DNA of 64,000 bases, taken from contig NC_043006.1 in assembly GCF_006345805.1 (NCBI RefSeq), positions 23,126,001 to 23,190,000 on the forward strand, given 5' to 3'. A program made the translations under genes and the position numbers. Below are positions 63,513-64,000 of the stretch, in pieces (within the stretch, counting starts at the first letter, position 1; each line of letters starts with the position of its first letter). This DNA is from Octopus sinensis. Lineage: Eukaryota. Under the pieces are notes generated by a model that was not told where the DNA came from, did not search any database, and worked only from the letters and a program-made list of their open reading frames with translations.

Positions 63513-64000
63513 AAAGTATATTAACTATCTTGATCTCCGAGAGAATTACAAAATTGACATTCTACAGCCAAACAGTGGTGGATCGAATTAAGGTAGTATT
63601 AACGGAATAAATGAAGTCGCTCGGAGGCTGTGCCCAAAAGCTTCATTTCATCTTTTCATTTTCAAATTTGTGAACGAATAATTTGTTGAGATTCCTGTTC
63701 ATCTTGATGAGGGTGTCATCGCCGAGATGTCAAACCACGGCAGTGAACTCCCGAAATGGCCATAGATGTGTTTGATTTGATTTTGTGGAGCTCTTTTACG
63801 CTCTTGGACTCCAACCTACCATGGTTTTTATGAAATTAACTTTTTTGACATATATTTTTTTCTTTTTGTTTGAGGGCAGTAAGAAAAAATCTTTTCAGTC
63901 AATTGATATTTTATTTAGATTTAGATTTTTATTCGTATGACACGCTTTAGAATTTTTAGTAGATTGTATTACACCTTCTTGATAGGCCGTTCTATATATC

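Overview
Repeat-dominated eukaryotic non-genic or intronic DNA, AT-rich and full of (TA)n, (CA)n, (TACA)n and (ATCT)n microsatellites. The SINE and transposon repertoire looks like a coleoid cephalopod such as Octopus; this is an inference from family resemblance, not a database hit. No host protein-coding gene can be supported, and nearly all ORF-track entries are microsatellite or antisense artefacts. Real coding content is transposon-derived. (1) A near full-length CR1-group LINE at about 1.8-5.7 kb has an intact APE+RT ORF2 and a CCCH-finger ORF1 broken by two 1-bp homopolymer deletions. (2) Two TIR-bounded mariners are present, one differing from intact by a single TGG>TGA. (3) There are fragments of maT/DD37D, Tc1-like, Tigger/pogo, RTE, CR1, R4/Dong and Tx1 elements, several MITEs, and about 40 tRNA-derived SINE copies in 3-4 families. 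The most notable unannotated signal is at least 8 minimal type-I hammerhead-ribozyme-like motifs (CUGANGA / stem II / GAAA / NUH, with covarying stem II). They sit in several distinct Penelope-like terminal-repeat families arranged as direct or inverted repeats. Second, the intact LINE shares a 19-nt motif + hairpin + short-repeat 3' tail with the most abundant SINE family. All folds and alignments were done by eye; none were computed.
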